A DNA stretch of 64,000 bases from assembly GCA_965215195.1 (NCBI GenBank), contig CBDCDC010000002.1:2016001-2080000 (forward strand), written 5' to 3'. Source of the stretch: Candidatus Latescibacterota bacterium. GTDB lineage: Bacteria; Latescibacterota; UBA2968; UBA8231. The notes beneath the pieces are model-generated. The model saw nothing but the letters and a program-made list of their open reading frames with translations. It made no database searches and was not told the origin of the DNA. Shown piece after piece: positions 38,647-48,394 of the stretch (within the stretch, counting starts at the first letter, position 1; the number at the start of each line of letters is the position of its first letter). Both the position numbers and the translations under genes were made by a program.

Positions 38647-39660
38647 ATGTACATCCAAGACCAAGTTTCCAGCGGCGAACTCGACGACGAGCATCTGAGT
38701 TTCTTTCGCGCGCTCGGGGTGGACTCAATCCATCTGGAGTTGCGCGGGGGAGTGCCCGCTGCCGGGCGTCGGGGCGGTACTGGCTCGGCGAATACGTCGC
38801 TGGCGCAGGATTTAAGAGCCGGCAAGGACTGCACCGACGCGTTGATACAGGCGCGGGAAAAGGTTGAGGCGCACGGTATGACGCTGAACAATATCTTCAT
38901 GCCCGCTTGGGAGGAGATTACCTTGGCCGAGGAGGACATGGACGAGAAGATCGGCCACTGGTGCAAGATGCTAGAGAGTGTGGGCCGAGCCGGCATTCCC
39001 TGCGTGGGCTGGAACTTCAAACCCATGGGCAACTTTCGCACCCCGGCGGATACGGGTAGGGGCGGTGTGCAATACAGTACATTCGACTACGCAGTGTTTG
39101 CTCAAAACCGGCCCGCACCGCACGAACCCCCGGTGGACGAGGCGCAGATGTGGGCGCGGATGGAGCGATTTTTAGCGGCGGCGATCCCCGCAGCCGAAAA
39201 GGCGGGGGTGCGGATGGCCCTGCACCCGGACGACCCGCCGATTCCCGAGCCGCTAGGGGGCGTGGCGCAGATTTGTTCGACCCTAGAGCAGTTCCGCAAG
39301 ACCTTCTTCGAAATCGCGCCGAGCGACAGCAATTGCATGCTCTTTTGCCAGGGGTGCATGACCGAGTTGCTGGGGCCAGTGAAGATCTACGACGCAATCG
39401 CCGAGATGGCTGCAAAAGGCAAAATTGCTTGGGTGCATTTCCGCAATGTGCGCGGGCAGTTGCCGCGATTTACCGAGGTGTTCGTGGACGAGGGAGAAGT
39501 GGATATGCGGCGAGCGATGGAGGTCTATCGCGATAATGGATTTAATGGGCCGTATATGATGGACCACACGCCGTCTTTTGCCCATGGGTACGGGCCGTTG
39601 TACGGCAAGGCGTATGCTATTGGGTATATTCGGGCGTTGATACAGATGGTGTACGGATAA
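38647..39660 (+). CDS. Mannonate dehydratase (UxuA) family
   Basis: ALHPDDPP, FCQGC, VHFRNVRG, MMDHTP, AYAIGYIRAL. Confidence 0.85.
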   Translation: MYIQDQVSSGELDDEHLSFFRALGVDSIHLELRGGVPAAGRRGGTGSANTSLAQDLRAGKDCTDALIQAREKVEAHGMTLNNIFMPAWEEITLAEEDMDEKIGHWCKMLESVGRAGIPCVGWNFKPMGNFRTPADTGRGGVQYSTFDYAVFAQNRPAPHEPPVDEAQMWARMERFLAAAIPAAEKAGVRMALHPDDPPIPEPLGGVAQICSTLEQFRKTFFEIAPSDSNCMLFCQGCMTELLGPVKIYDAIAEMAAKGKIAWVHFRNVRGQLPRFTEVFVDEGEVDMRRAMEVYRDNGFNGPYMMDHTPSFAHGYGPLYGKAYAIGYIRALIQMVYG

Positions 39661-39680
39661 GCTAACTTGGAGGAGAGACT

Positions 39681-40541
39681 ATGCCAGTATTGAGCAAAGA
39701 AGATTGGGCCTTCTGGGAAGAGAACGGCTATGTGATCGTCCACAACGCCGTGCCCGAGGAAAACTTGGACGCAATGGTCGCGGCGATCTGGGAATTTCTG
39801 GAGATGGACCCAGGATGCGAAGAGGATTGGTACAAGTACCAGCCCTATACCCGCGACAATCTGTGCTCGCCCATATCAGCGGCGGGCATGGTCGAAATCT
39901 ACCAGCACCAAGCTCTGTGGGACAATCGGCAATACCCCAAGGTGCATCAGGCTTTTGCCGAGATCTGGGGCGACGAGAAGCTGTGGGTCTCGCTGGATCG
40001 GGCCAATATGAAACCACCGGCGCGCGAAGATCGGCCCGAATGGTGTAACAAGGGAATGATTCACTGGGATGTCGATACGGCGCGGCAGCCGGTGTCCTTT
40101 GGGGTGCAGGGGGTGCTGTATTTGAAGGATACGGCAGAGGACCAAGGCGGTTTCCAGTGCGTACCCGGCTTTCATCGGATGTTCGACGAATGGGTTAAGA
40201 CCCAGCCGGCGGATCGCAATACGCGCAAACCCAATCTGACAGGGCTGACGGTCCAGTCGATTGCGGGCCAAGCCGGAGATCTGCTGATCTGGCATCGATT
40301 GCTGGCCCACGGCAACGGCCACAATCGGTCCGACCGGCCGCGCTTGGCGCAGTATATCACCATGTCCCCGGCCCCCGCAACCGGAGAAGCCGCACGCGAG
40401 GCGCGGATCTCGGCTTGGCAGGAGCGGCGACCAACGCCGGGCTGGCCCGGCGATGCGCGGGATTGGGAACACCAGCATCAGCAGCCAGCCGAGTTGACCT
40501 CCCTAGGGCGGAAGCTCTTGGGGGCGGACTCGTGGAATTAA
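39681..40541 (+). CDS. PhyH-family dioxygenase
   Basis: WEENGY, IHWD, GGFQCVPGFH, LAHGNG. Confidence 0.88.
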   Translation: MPVLSKEDWAFWEENGYVIVHNAVPEENLDAMVAAIWEFLEMDPGCEEDWYKYQPYTRDNLCSPISAAGMVEIYQHQALWDNRQYPKVHQAFAEIWGDEKLWVSLDRANMKPPAREDRPEWCNKGMIHWDVDTARQPVSFGVQGVLYLKDTAEDQGGFQCVPGFHRMFDEWVKTQPADRNTRKPNLTGLTVQSIAGQAGDLLIWHRLLAHGNGHNRSDRPRLAQYITMSPAPATGEAAREARISAWQERRPTPGWPGDARDWEHQHQQPAELTSLGRKLLGADSWN

Positions 40542-40562
40542 AACCTTTTCAGGAGCAATTCG

Positions 40563-41444
40563 ATGAGTACAAAAATCAACCGCGCCGTCGCACTCCTCGC
40601 CGAGGATCAGCCAATCTACTACACAGGTGCCCACGCCGGGCACGTGCTGACCTACGAGCAGGGCCAAGAGGACGCTGGAACTTGGGCCGACTACATCAAT
40701 GTCGGCATGGAACACGGTTCGTTCGACATGGCTGGTTTGGACGAGTACCTGCGCGGCTTAATCGCCGGCGGGCCGACGCGCAGCGGGCACCGGACGCCGG
40801 CGATCATCGTCGAGGCCCCGGTCGAAGGCCGGTCCGCGGAAATCGTGCGCTACAACGCTTGGCAGTTTCGGCAGATCTTGGGCCGGGGCGCACACGGGAT
40901 TCTGCTTTGCCAAGCCGAATCGGCCGCAGCCGTCCGGGCCTTTGTCGAGGCGTGCCGCTATCCGGTCAACACCATCGGCGTTGGCCCAGACTTGGGCCGG
41001 GGTACGCGCGGCGTCGGCTCAGAGGGAGTGTGTGCGGGCGTGTGGGGCGCGAACCGCAACGAGTATCTGGCCAAGGCCGATCCTTGGCCGCTCAACCCGG
41101 AAGGCGAGCTGCTTTTGGGGCTAAAGATTGAGTCGGTGGCGGCCCTGCCCCACATCGAGGAAATCCTGTCCGTGCCCGGGATCGGCTTTGCCGAGATGGG
41201 ACCGGGCGACTTGAGCCTTTCGCTGGGATATCGGACGATGCCGCAGCCATGGCCCGAAGAGATGCAGGAGACGCACGAGCGGGTCAAGGCCGCGTGTCGG
41301 CAAAACAGCGTGGCCTTTTTGGACGGGGCTACACCCGAAACCGTCGCAGAGAAAATTGACGCTGGGGCGCGGGTGATCTCTGGGGGACGCGAAGAAACGG
41401 CCCGGGTGGGGCGAGCGCATACGCGGCGAGAGATGCCGGTGTAG
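40563..41444 (+). CDS. HpcH/HpaI aldolase family
   Basis: MEHG, KIES, MGPGDLSLSLG. Confidence 0.82.
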   Translation: MSTKINRAVALLAEDQPIYYTGAHAGHVLTYEQGQEDAGTWADYINVGMEHGSFDMAGLDEYLRGLIAGGPTRSGHRTPAIIVEAPVEGRSAEIVRYNAWQFRQILGRGAHGILLCQAESAAAVRAFVEACRYPVNTIGVGPDLGRGTRGVGSEGVCAGVWGANRNEYLAKADPWPLNPEGELLLGLKIESVAALPHIEEILSVPGIGFAEMGPGDLSLSLGYRTMPQPWPEEMQETHERVKAACRQNSVAFLDGATPETVAEKIDAGARVISGGREETARVGRAHTRREMPV

Positions 41445-41524
41445 CGCAGAACGGTTGCGTTCGCCCCTTGTCAATTTTGCGAGACAGATTCCAAGGATAT
41501 GCAAATGTACATTGGAATAGTACC

Positions 41525-43249
41525 ATGAGCGGGAACAAAAAAACGTGGCGCAGTGCGGCGTGGTTTGGCGACGAGTGGCACCAAGGGTTTGTGTCCCGCG
41601 GCTGGGCCAAAAACCAAGGACACCCCGAGCAAATGTTCGATGGCCGGCCCGTGATTGGGATCTGCAACACGTGGTCGGACTTGAATCCTTGCAACGCCCA
41701 TCTGCGCATCTTGGCCGAGCAGGTCAAGCGCGGGGTGTACGAGGCCGGGGGCTTTCCGCTCGAGTTTCCGGTCACTTCGCTCGGCGAGACCCTGATGAAG
41801 CCAACGACCATGCTCTACCGCAACTTGGCCAGCATGGACGTGGAGGAAAGCATCCGCGCCAATCCGCTCGACGGGGTGGTGCTGCTGACCGGCTGCGACA
41901 AAACCACGCCAGCCTGTCTGATGGGCGCGGCGAGCGTGGATTTGCCGACCATTGCGGTGACGGGCGGGCCGATGCTCAACGGCAAGTTTCGCAATGAGAA
42001 TATCGGCTCCGGCACGGACGTCTATCGCTTTACGACCGAACTGCGGGCCGGGAGCATCTCGCGCTCGGATTACTTAGAGGCCGAGGCCGGGATTTCGCGC
42101 TCGGACGGCCACTGCATGACCATGGGCACGGCCTCGACAATGGCCTGCATGGTCGAGACTGTCGGGCTGACCCTGCCGAGCGGCGCGGCGATTCCCGGGC
42201 CGGATGCGCGGCGCAAGCGCTTGGGGCATTTAGCGGGCAATCGCATCGTCGAGATGGTGAGAGAGGGCCTGTGTATGTCGCGCATTGTGACGCGGCCAGC
42301 CATAGAAAACGCCATCAAGATCAACGCAGCGCTGGGCGGATCGACCAACTTCGTGGTGCATCTGTTGGCCATTGCCGGACGGCTCGGCGTCGAGCTGGAT
42401 TTGGACGACTTCGACCGCTTGGGCAGCCGCATGCCGCACTTGGTCAACCTAATGCCCGCGGGCGAGTACCTGATGGAGGACTTCTTCTACGCCGGGGGCT
42501 TGCCAGCCGTAATCCAAGAGATGAAGGAACATCTGCACCTCAATGCTTTGACCGCGACCGGCAAATCGCTCGGCGAGAACAACGCCGACGCCCAGTGCTA
42601 CAACCGAGCGGTCATCGCCGCGATCGACAAGCCGCTCCGGGAGGAGGCCGGGATCGCCGTACTGCGGGGCAACCTCTGCCCGGATGGGGCTATTATCAAG
42701 CCGTCGGCCGCCTCGCCCGAACTCATGCAGCACTGCGGGCGAGCCGTGGTGTTTGAAAGCATAGAAGACTACCGGGCGCGGATTGACGACCCCAATCTCG
42801 ACGTGGACAAAGACTGCGTGCTGGTCTTGAAGGGCATCGGCCCAAAAGGTTTCCCCGGGATGCCCGAAGCCGGGAAGTTCGGGTTGCCCAAGAAGCTGTT
42901 GCAGCAGGGCGTGCGCGACATGGTTTGCATCTCGGACGGGCGGATGAGCGGCACGGCCTACGGCACGGTGATTCTGCACGTCGCGCCCGAAGCCGCTGTG
43001 GGCGGGCCGCTGGCACTGGTGCAGGATGGCGACCTGATCGAGTTAGACGTGGAGAAGCGGTCGTTGAACATGGCCGTGCCCGATGAGGACCTACAAAAAA
43101 GACGGCAAGCGTGGACGCCGCCCGCGCCGGTCGTCGTGCGGGGTTATGCCGGCTTGTATGTCAAGCACGTGCTCCAAGCCGACAAGGGCGTTGACTTGGA
43201 CATCTTAGTCGGCGGCTCCGGGCCGGAGGTCTATCGGGAGCCGAGGTAG
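41525..43249 (+). CDS. IlvD/Edd-family sugar-acid dehydratase (arabonate/xylonate dehydratase-like)
   Basis: NPCNAH, GCDKTTP, CMTMGTASTM, GGSTN, SDGRMSGT, HVAPEA. Confidence 0.92.
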   Translation: MSGNKKTWRSAAWFGDEWHQGFVSRGWAKNQGHPEQMFDGRPVIGICNTWSDLNPCNAHLRILAEQVKRGVYEAGGFPLEFPVTSLGETLMKPTTMLYRNLASMDVEESIRANPLDGVVLLTGCDKTTPACLMGAASVDLPTIAVTGGPMLNGKFRNENIGSGTDVYRFTTELRAGSISRSDYLEAEAGISRSDGHCMTMGTASTMACMVETVGLTLPSGAAIPGPDARRKRLGHLAGNRIVEMVREGLCMSRIVTRPAIENAIKINAALGGSTNFVVHLLAIAGRLGVELDLDDFDRLGSRMPHLVNLMPAGEYLMEDFFYAGGLPAVIQEMKEHLHLNALTATGKSLGENNADAQCYNRAVIAAIDKPLREEAGIAVLRGNLCPDGAIIKPSAASPELMQHCGRAVVFESIEDYRARIDDPNLDVDKDCVLVLKGIGPKGFPGMPEAGKFGLPKKLLQQGVRDMVCISDGRMSGTAYGTVILHVAPEAAVGGPLALVQDGDLIELDVEKRSLNMAVPDEDLQKRRQAWTPPAPVVVRGYAGLYVKHVLQADKGVDLDILVGGSGPEVYREPR

Positions 43250-43313
43250 TTAGCGACGAGCGAATTGACCAATAAATTTTAGCTTAGTTCGGCACCAGCG
43301 CTTCGCGCACCGC

Positions 43314-44507
43314 TTAATACTTTGAGATAGCTCCAAAGTCCAGCTTCACGACCCAGTCCTGAACCGACTCATCTCTAGTGAACTCGATGAACCCAAGTTC
43401 CCCGAGTCGTATCAACTCCCTATGAAAAGTTCGTCTCGTAACATTCCTGTATGCCGACTGCACGTAATTTGCCTCCAATAGCTCTGACAGACTGATTCTG
43501 CGGGACGGGGTATCAGAGAAGGGATCTATAGGCTCTGTCTCGCTTAGGAGAAAGTCTAGGAGACTGTATTCTCTTTGGTTTAGGAGCCGCCGCCTAGCAC
43601 CCATCTTCTTATTGAAAGCGCGGCCGATCATCGTCCGGTATACCAGCCGATTGATCTTCGTCTTGATGAAGTTGTTTATGTCTTTGAGCTCCCTCGCAAA
43701 GCCGGCCACGCCGAAGCGGATAAACGGCGTCACGTCGAAAGACTGGCCTTTTCGGCATTGTTGCAGGATTGATTTGTATTCCTGATCGTGGCGATAGAAG
43801 TAGTTGGATAGCCCGTAGAAACCATGAACATTATATCCTAGCTGAAAGAGGATGCCTGCTTCCACGAGCCGGGAGACTCTGCCGTTGCCGTCTCCAAAAG
43901 GGTGAATCGTCACCAAGAAGAAGTGGGCGAGCAGAGCGCGTATAACCGGATGATTATCGTCGAGTCGGCTAGAGTTGATGACATCAATATACTCTTCCAT
44001 TAAGCGCGGCAGCCGTTCGTGTGGGGCACCTCTATGGACTCCTCCTAAATCTTCCGTCCCCACCACAACGGGAAAGTCGCGGAATCTTCCGGGTATATTA
44101 TTGATGGTATCCGAATCTCGGGTGATCATTCTGTGCATTGTGGAGATATCGCCCAAGCTAATAGGTGGACTATTGGGAAGAAACCGCTGTCTCACCCAAG
44201 ACTGAGCCTCTCCGGCGTTCCTGATTTGCAATTGTTCCTTTGTCGCGGTCTTTCTTTCGTCGTCGTGATTTTGTTGTTCGAGTCGTTCCATTTGTTGAGC
44301 AACCTCCGTCTCGGAAAGGGGGTTGCCCTCTATCGCAGTCGTTCCATGAACCGCACGCACTCGATTCAGCCTGTCGAGCTGCTGCTGCCACTCCTGTGGG
44401 AACACTAGGTTCAGAGAGGCTTCCTTGTATGCCTCGATAGAGACGAGACCGCGGAAGAGGTCCTGAGGGTTGAGTCGGTACTCGAAGGAGAACCTTTCCC
44501 AGTCCAT
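43314..44507 (-). CDS. Fic-domain protein with N-terminal inhibitory motif
   Basis: HPFGDGNGRVSR; TTAIEGN. Confidence 0.92.
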   Translation of the reverse strand: MDWERFSFEYRLNPQDLFRGLVSIEAYKEASLNLVFPQEWQQQLDRLNRVRAVHGTTAIEGNPLSETEVAQQMERLEQQNHDDERKTATKEQLQIRNAGEAQSWVRQRFLPNSPPISLGDISTMHRMITRDSDTINNIPGRFRDFPVVVGTEDLGGVHRGAPHERLPRLMEEYIDVINSSRLDDNHPVIRALLAHFFLVTIHPFGDGNGRVSRLVEAGILFQLGYNVHGFYGLSNYFYRHDQEYKSILQQCRKGQSFDVTPFIRFGVAGFARELKDINNFIKTKINRLVYRTMIGRAFNKKMGARRRLLNQREYSLLDFLLSETEPIDPFSDTPSRRISLSELLEANYVQSAYRNVTRRTFHRELIRLGELGFIEFTRDESVQDWVVKLDFGAISKY

Positions 44508-44694
44508 ATTTGCCCTCTTATTTGACAGTTAATTTGACAGATAGGGAAAATGTATAACAGGAATAAAATAATGAACTTATATTATTATAAGAAAGGAATT
44601 TGGGCAAAAATTCGTCCTTATTTGACCGGATAGTTGACAGCCTATTTGGCAAAGACTTGGTCGAGGATTTTCTTCCGAGGACGTTTATTTTTGA

Positions 44695-45093
44695 CTAGCT
44701 TCCGCTGCCGAGCACGGCTATGGCCTCGACCTCGACGAGCATTCCGGGCAGGACTAGATCGGCGACCGTCACCGTAGAGCTGGCAGGGGCGTGGTTGGGA
44801 AAGGCTTCGGCGCGGGCTGCCGCGTACTCGGCGTAGCGGCCCGTGTCGGTGATAAACGAGGTGATCTTGACCACGTCGTCCATGGTCGCGCCGGCCTCGG
44901 CGAGCACAGCGCGGATGTTGGCAAAGACTTGGCGCGACTGGGCGGCGATGTCGCCTACGCCGACGAGGTTCCCCTCCGGGTCGAGAGGCCCTTGGCCGGA
45001 GACGTAGATCGTATCGCCTGCCTGCACAGCCTGTGAGATGCGGAATTTCGCGGTCCAAGGCCAAGCGGGGTTGTGTGCTTTGCGTTGGGTCAT
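44695..45093 (-). CDS. RidA/YjgF family protein
   Basis: SQAV..GDTIYVSGQ, PASS, LVEVEAIA. Confidence 0.92.
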   Translation of the reverse strand: MTQRKAHNPAWPWTAKFRISQAVQAGDTIYVSGQGPLDPEGNLVGVGDIAAQSRQVFANIRAVLAEAGATMDDVVKITSFITDTGRYAEYAAARAEAFPNHAPASSTVTVADLVLPGMLVEVEAIAVLGSGS

Positions 45094-45108
45094 GGTGAGG
45101 TCCTTGAA

Positions 45109-45318
45109 TCATTTGAGGCGGACGGCAGGCCGCCTTTTCAGCCGCTGATTGAGCGGATCCACTTCAATGCCGACCGATTCGAGAGCCGTCAGGCCGAGCA
45201 GCGGCTCGGCGTCCGCGTCGCCGACGATGATCGTGCCGCCGACGATTTCTCCCATGAATTCGACGTCCGCGGTCGTGACGTCGAGTTTGAGTTCGGCCTT
45301 AACGGTCAGGGTTTTCAT
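45109..45318 (-). pseudogene. Clan AA aspartic-protease remnant lacking the catalytic DTG segment
   Basis: EPLLGLTALESVGIEVDP C-terminus present; no DTG/DSG motif. Confidence 0.65.
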
Positions 45319-45329
45319 CTTTCCTTCTC

Positions 45330-46448
45330 CTACTGCCAGAGCGGCTCCCCATCCTTCAGCATACTCTGCAAAAACGCCTCGTTCAGCTCCACCCCCAGCC
45401 CGGGCTTTTCGCTCAGCACCACATGCCCTTCCTGAATCACCGGCTCGTCGGAAAGCATCACCTCGCTCCAAGTCGGGTCGTCGTAGCGATGGAACTCCAA
45501 GGCGAGAAAATTGGGGACACTCGCGCAGACGTGGGCGTCGGCCACGGTGCTCAAGGCGCTGGAATTGTTGTGCGGGGCAAAGGGGATGTAGTAGGTCTCG
45601 GCCATGTTGGCGATCTTGCGGCATTCGGACAGGCCGCCGCACTTGGAAATGTCGGGCATGATGATATCGACCGCCTGCTGTTCGAGCATGTCGCGGAAGC
45701 CGTAGCGCAGATAGGCGTTCTCGCCGGCGCAGATCGGGGTGCGGGTCGAGTCGGTGATGCGCTTGAGGGCGTCGATGTTCTCGGGCGGCACCGGCTCTTC
45801 GAGCCACATCAGGTTCAGGCCCTCGAGCGCGTGGGCAAACTTCATTCCAGCGGTGGCGTCGTAGCGGCCGTGCAGGTCAATAGCTAGGTCCATCTGGGGG
45901 CCGACGGCCTCGCGGATCTGATGCGCTTGGGCAACCAGATCCTCCAGCTCGGCTGGGGTCACCGACCAGTTCCAAGGATCGAGCTTTTCCGGGTGCCCCG
46001 CGTCGTCGAGGTCGAACTTAATCGCGGTGAAGCCCTTTGCGCGCGCATCCTCGGCGCGCTCTTTGTAGTCCTCATGGGCACTATCGACGTACAGGCGCAC
46101 CCGGTCGCGGAACTTGCCGCCCAAGAGCCGGTAAACGGGTACGCCTTGGGCCTTGCCAGCCAAGTCCCACAGCGCGACCTCAAGGCCGGTCAGCGCCGAA
46201 ATCGCCAAGCCCGACATGCCGCCGCGGAAGATGTAGCTGCGGCGGATGCCTTCAAAGAGCGCATCGACATCGCGCGGGTCCTTGCCGATGAGTTGGTTGG
46301 CCATGGACTGGGTAGATCCGCGCCAGCCGCCATCGACGTGGCTGGCCTCGCCCGTGCCGTAGCAGCCCTCGTCGGTGTGGATGCGGACGTAGTGGTAGAG
46401 ATAGCGGTTTACGCGCACTTCGGCGGTTTTGACATCGGTGATCTTCAA
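45330..46448 (-). CDS. Mandelate racemase family (galactonate dehydratase-like)
   Basis: EVALWDLAGK, KFD, DLHG, WLEEP, AGEN, APHN. Confidence 0.92.
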   Translation of the reverse strand: MKITDVKTAEVRVNRYLYHYVRIHTDEGCYGTGEASHVDGGWRGSTQSMANQLIGKDPRDVDALFEGIRRSYIFRGGMSGLAISALTGLEVALWDLAGKAQGVPVYRLLGGKFRDRVRLYVDSAHEDYKERAEDARAKGFTAIKFDLDDAGHPEKLDPWNWSVTPAELEDLVAQAHQIREAVGPQMDLAIDLHGRYDATAGMKFAHALEGLNLMWLEEPVPPENIDALKRITDSTRTPICAGENAYLRYGFRDMLEQQAVDIIMPDISKCGGLSECRKIANMAETYYIPFAPHNNSSALSTVADAHVCASVPNFLALEFHRYDDPTWSEVMLSDEPVIQEGHVVLSEKPGLGVELNEAFLQSMLKDGEPLWQ

Positions 46449-46463
46449 TGGAGTCCCTTTCTT

Positions 46464-47141
46464 CTATAGGTGTAGCTGGCCGATTGCGCGCGTGGCAGCG
46501 TCGCAGTACCAGAGGATGCCCTCGTGGATGGTCAGCCCGTGGACTTCTACTGGGGCTTCGACGCGGACAACCTCCCAGATGCGCCCGTCTTGGGGATCGA
46601 GGCGGTTGATGGTGCCGGCCGAGGTGTCGGCGACCCAGAGGGTGCCGTCGTCAGCCCAAGCTAGGCCGTGGACCCGGAGGCCGGGGACGCGAAAGGAATG
46701 GACTTCTTCCCAAGTGCTGGCGTCCATCACGTGGACGAATTGCGATGGCGGCGAGGCCACGTACACCTTGCCGTCCTTCCACTCGAGGCCGTGAGCCCCG
46801 GTGACGCGGCCATTCTGCTGGTCGGCGACCCAAGCGACGACGCCATTGCCGGGCGAATCGAGCTTGGCGATGGTCTGGCCCGTAGCCGGGTTGAGGCGGG
46901 CGATCTTAAGCTCAAAGGTCGAGGCAATCCACAGAAAACCGCCGCCGAGGGTAATGCCGCTGGAGTGTGCGGTGTCAGTCTGGGCCTCAAAGAGAGTTTC
47001 GCCGCTCTCGTAGTCGAATTTATAGACCTTGAGGTCAACTTGGTCGATGCACCAGAGGCCATCGGGCGCGGCTTGCAGGCCATTGGGCTGGGGCCCAGGG
47101 CATTTGAAACGCTCTTCAACGCGGGCGATTTGGATGGTCAT
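46464..47141 (-). CDS. Beta-propeller protein
   Basis: Repeated blades: PNGL, SSGITL, AHGLEW, VHGLAW, VHGLT. Confidence 0.7.
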   Translation of the reverse strand: MTIQIARVEERFKCPGPQPNGLQAAPDGLWCIDQVDLKVYKFDYESGETLFEAQTDTAHSSGITLGGGFLWIASTFELKIARLNPATGQTIAKLDSPGNGVVAWVADQQNGRVTGAHGLEWKDGKVYVASPPSQFVHVMDASTWEEVHSFRVPGLRVHGLAWADDGTLWVADTSAGTINRLDPQDGRIWEVVRVEAPVEVHGLTIHEGILWYCDAATRAIGQLHL

Positions 47142-47156
47142 AGACTGCTTTCTTTG

Positions 47157-47936
47157 CTAGGGATTGGGGCCCATGAGGTAGTTCCAGTTCTGGCGGCGGA
47201 TGGCGCGCTCCTTGTAGTGGTCGCTCTGGGAGACGCCCAAGGGATTGGTGAAGTTGAGGATGTTGGTGACGTCCTCGGCTCGGTCGCGCTCGTTCCAGTC
47301 GGTGGGCTTGTTGGCCGCCTGTGGGTCGTGGTTCCAAGTGGGCACTGCGTTGTCCCGAGTGCGGCGGAAGAGGAACTTGATCATGTGGCGCTTGTGCGGC
47401 GAGCGGTTGGCGGCCGTGCCGTGCCAGAGGTCGTAGTGCGTGAAGGCCACGGTTCCGGCCTTGACCACGAGCGGCACTTGGCCGCGGATGTTGGTGTACG
47501 TGGCCATGCGATCCGTTGGCGCGTTGCGGAACTGGGTGCCAGGGACGATGATCGTCGGCCCCATGTCGGGCGTGACGTCGGTCGGGTAGTACAGCCCGAG
47601 GAAGCGGTTGAGCAGTACGTCGCGGTTGTTGAGGCCGTCTTGGTGCCAGCTCATGTGCGGGGAGTTTGGCTGCTTGCAGTGCCAGTGGCGATGCGACTGC
47701 ACCTCGTAGTCCGGGCCGAGCAGGCTGACGAGCGCGCCTTTGACGGCCGGATGGTCGAGCACCTGCCAGAGCTGGGGCACAGCTTCGGTGATGGCGTCGC
47801 CGGGGTTGTAGTCCAACGCGTCGAGCTGGGCCGCGATGGACTCGTTGAGCCCGGCGGGCAACCCTAACTCGACGAGATGGTAGCCAGTGACGAGGAAACG
47901 GGCCACTTCGGCGTCCCTGAGCAGATACTCATTCAT
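47157..47936 (-). CDS. PhyH-family dioxygenase
   Basis: FLVTGY, WHQD, MGPTIIVPG, YDLWH. Confidence 0.85.
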   Translation of the reverse strand: MNEYLLRDAEVARFLVTGYHLVELGLPAGLNESIAAQLDALDYNPGDAITEAVPQLWQVLDHPAVKGALVSLLGPDYEVQSHRHWHCKQPNSPHMSWHQDGLNNRDVLLNRFLGLYYPTDVTPDMGPTIIVPGTQFRNAPTDRMATYTNIRGQVPLVVKAGTVAFTHYDLWHGTAANRSPHKRHMIKFLFRRTRDNAVPTWNHDPQAANKPTDWNERDRAEDVTNILNFTNPLGVSQSDHYKERAIRRQNWNYLMGPNP

Positions 47937-48213
47937 CGGCGATAACCTCCATTTTCTGTAGGATGAATTCATAGCCAATCACGTCCAACTCCCGGTCGTC
48001 GAAAGGGGCTTGTAGGTGGGGAAATTGGACGATTTGCCAGCCGTCAACTACGGCGTCGTGTACGGTTTCGTAGGGCCAATCGGGTGCTGATTCAGCGCGG
48101 ATTTCGGGCATAAAGCCCGCGACCGGCTCAATGAGCGTTAAGCCGATGATATTGGACATGACGCTGGGGGTGCGCGCCTGCAAGTAGAGCAGGCGTTGGC
48201 GGGGGGCGTCCAT
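47929..48213 (-). CDS. Small conserved hypothetical protein
   Basis: AGGAG RBS; RQRLLYL, PYETVHDAVVDGWQIVQFP, YEFILQK; overlaps the PhyH start. Confidence 0.7.
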   Translation of the reverse strand: MDAPRQRLLYLQARTPSVMSNIIGLTLIEPVAGFMPEIRAESAPDWPYETVHDAVVDGWQIVQFPHLQAPFDDRELDVIGYEFILQKMEVIADE

Positions 48214-48394
48214 TGGGGTTGAATCACTCCTATGATGCAATGCAGCGCTTAATATAGGCCGCACCCCCGGCAGAGACCAGCGGCGATCTTGCTGGGGGCA
48301 GTGCCCTTGTTTAGCTTGCCTTGCCTGTGCGAGCGCACGGCCTCGGCGCGGAGAGATTGAAGCGAAAGTCGACAACAGCGAGGAAAATCTAAAG

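Noticed and set aside
46668-47867. Long antisense ORFs (399 aa here; also 26441-27670 and 19943-21007)
   Set aside because: Shadow or alternative frames of well-supported genes in GC-rich DNA; no recognisable motifs.
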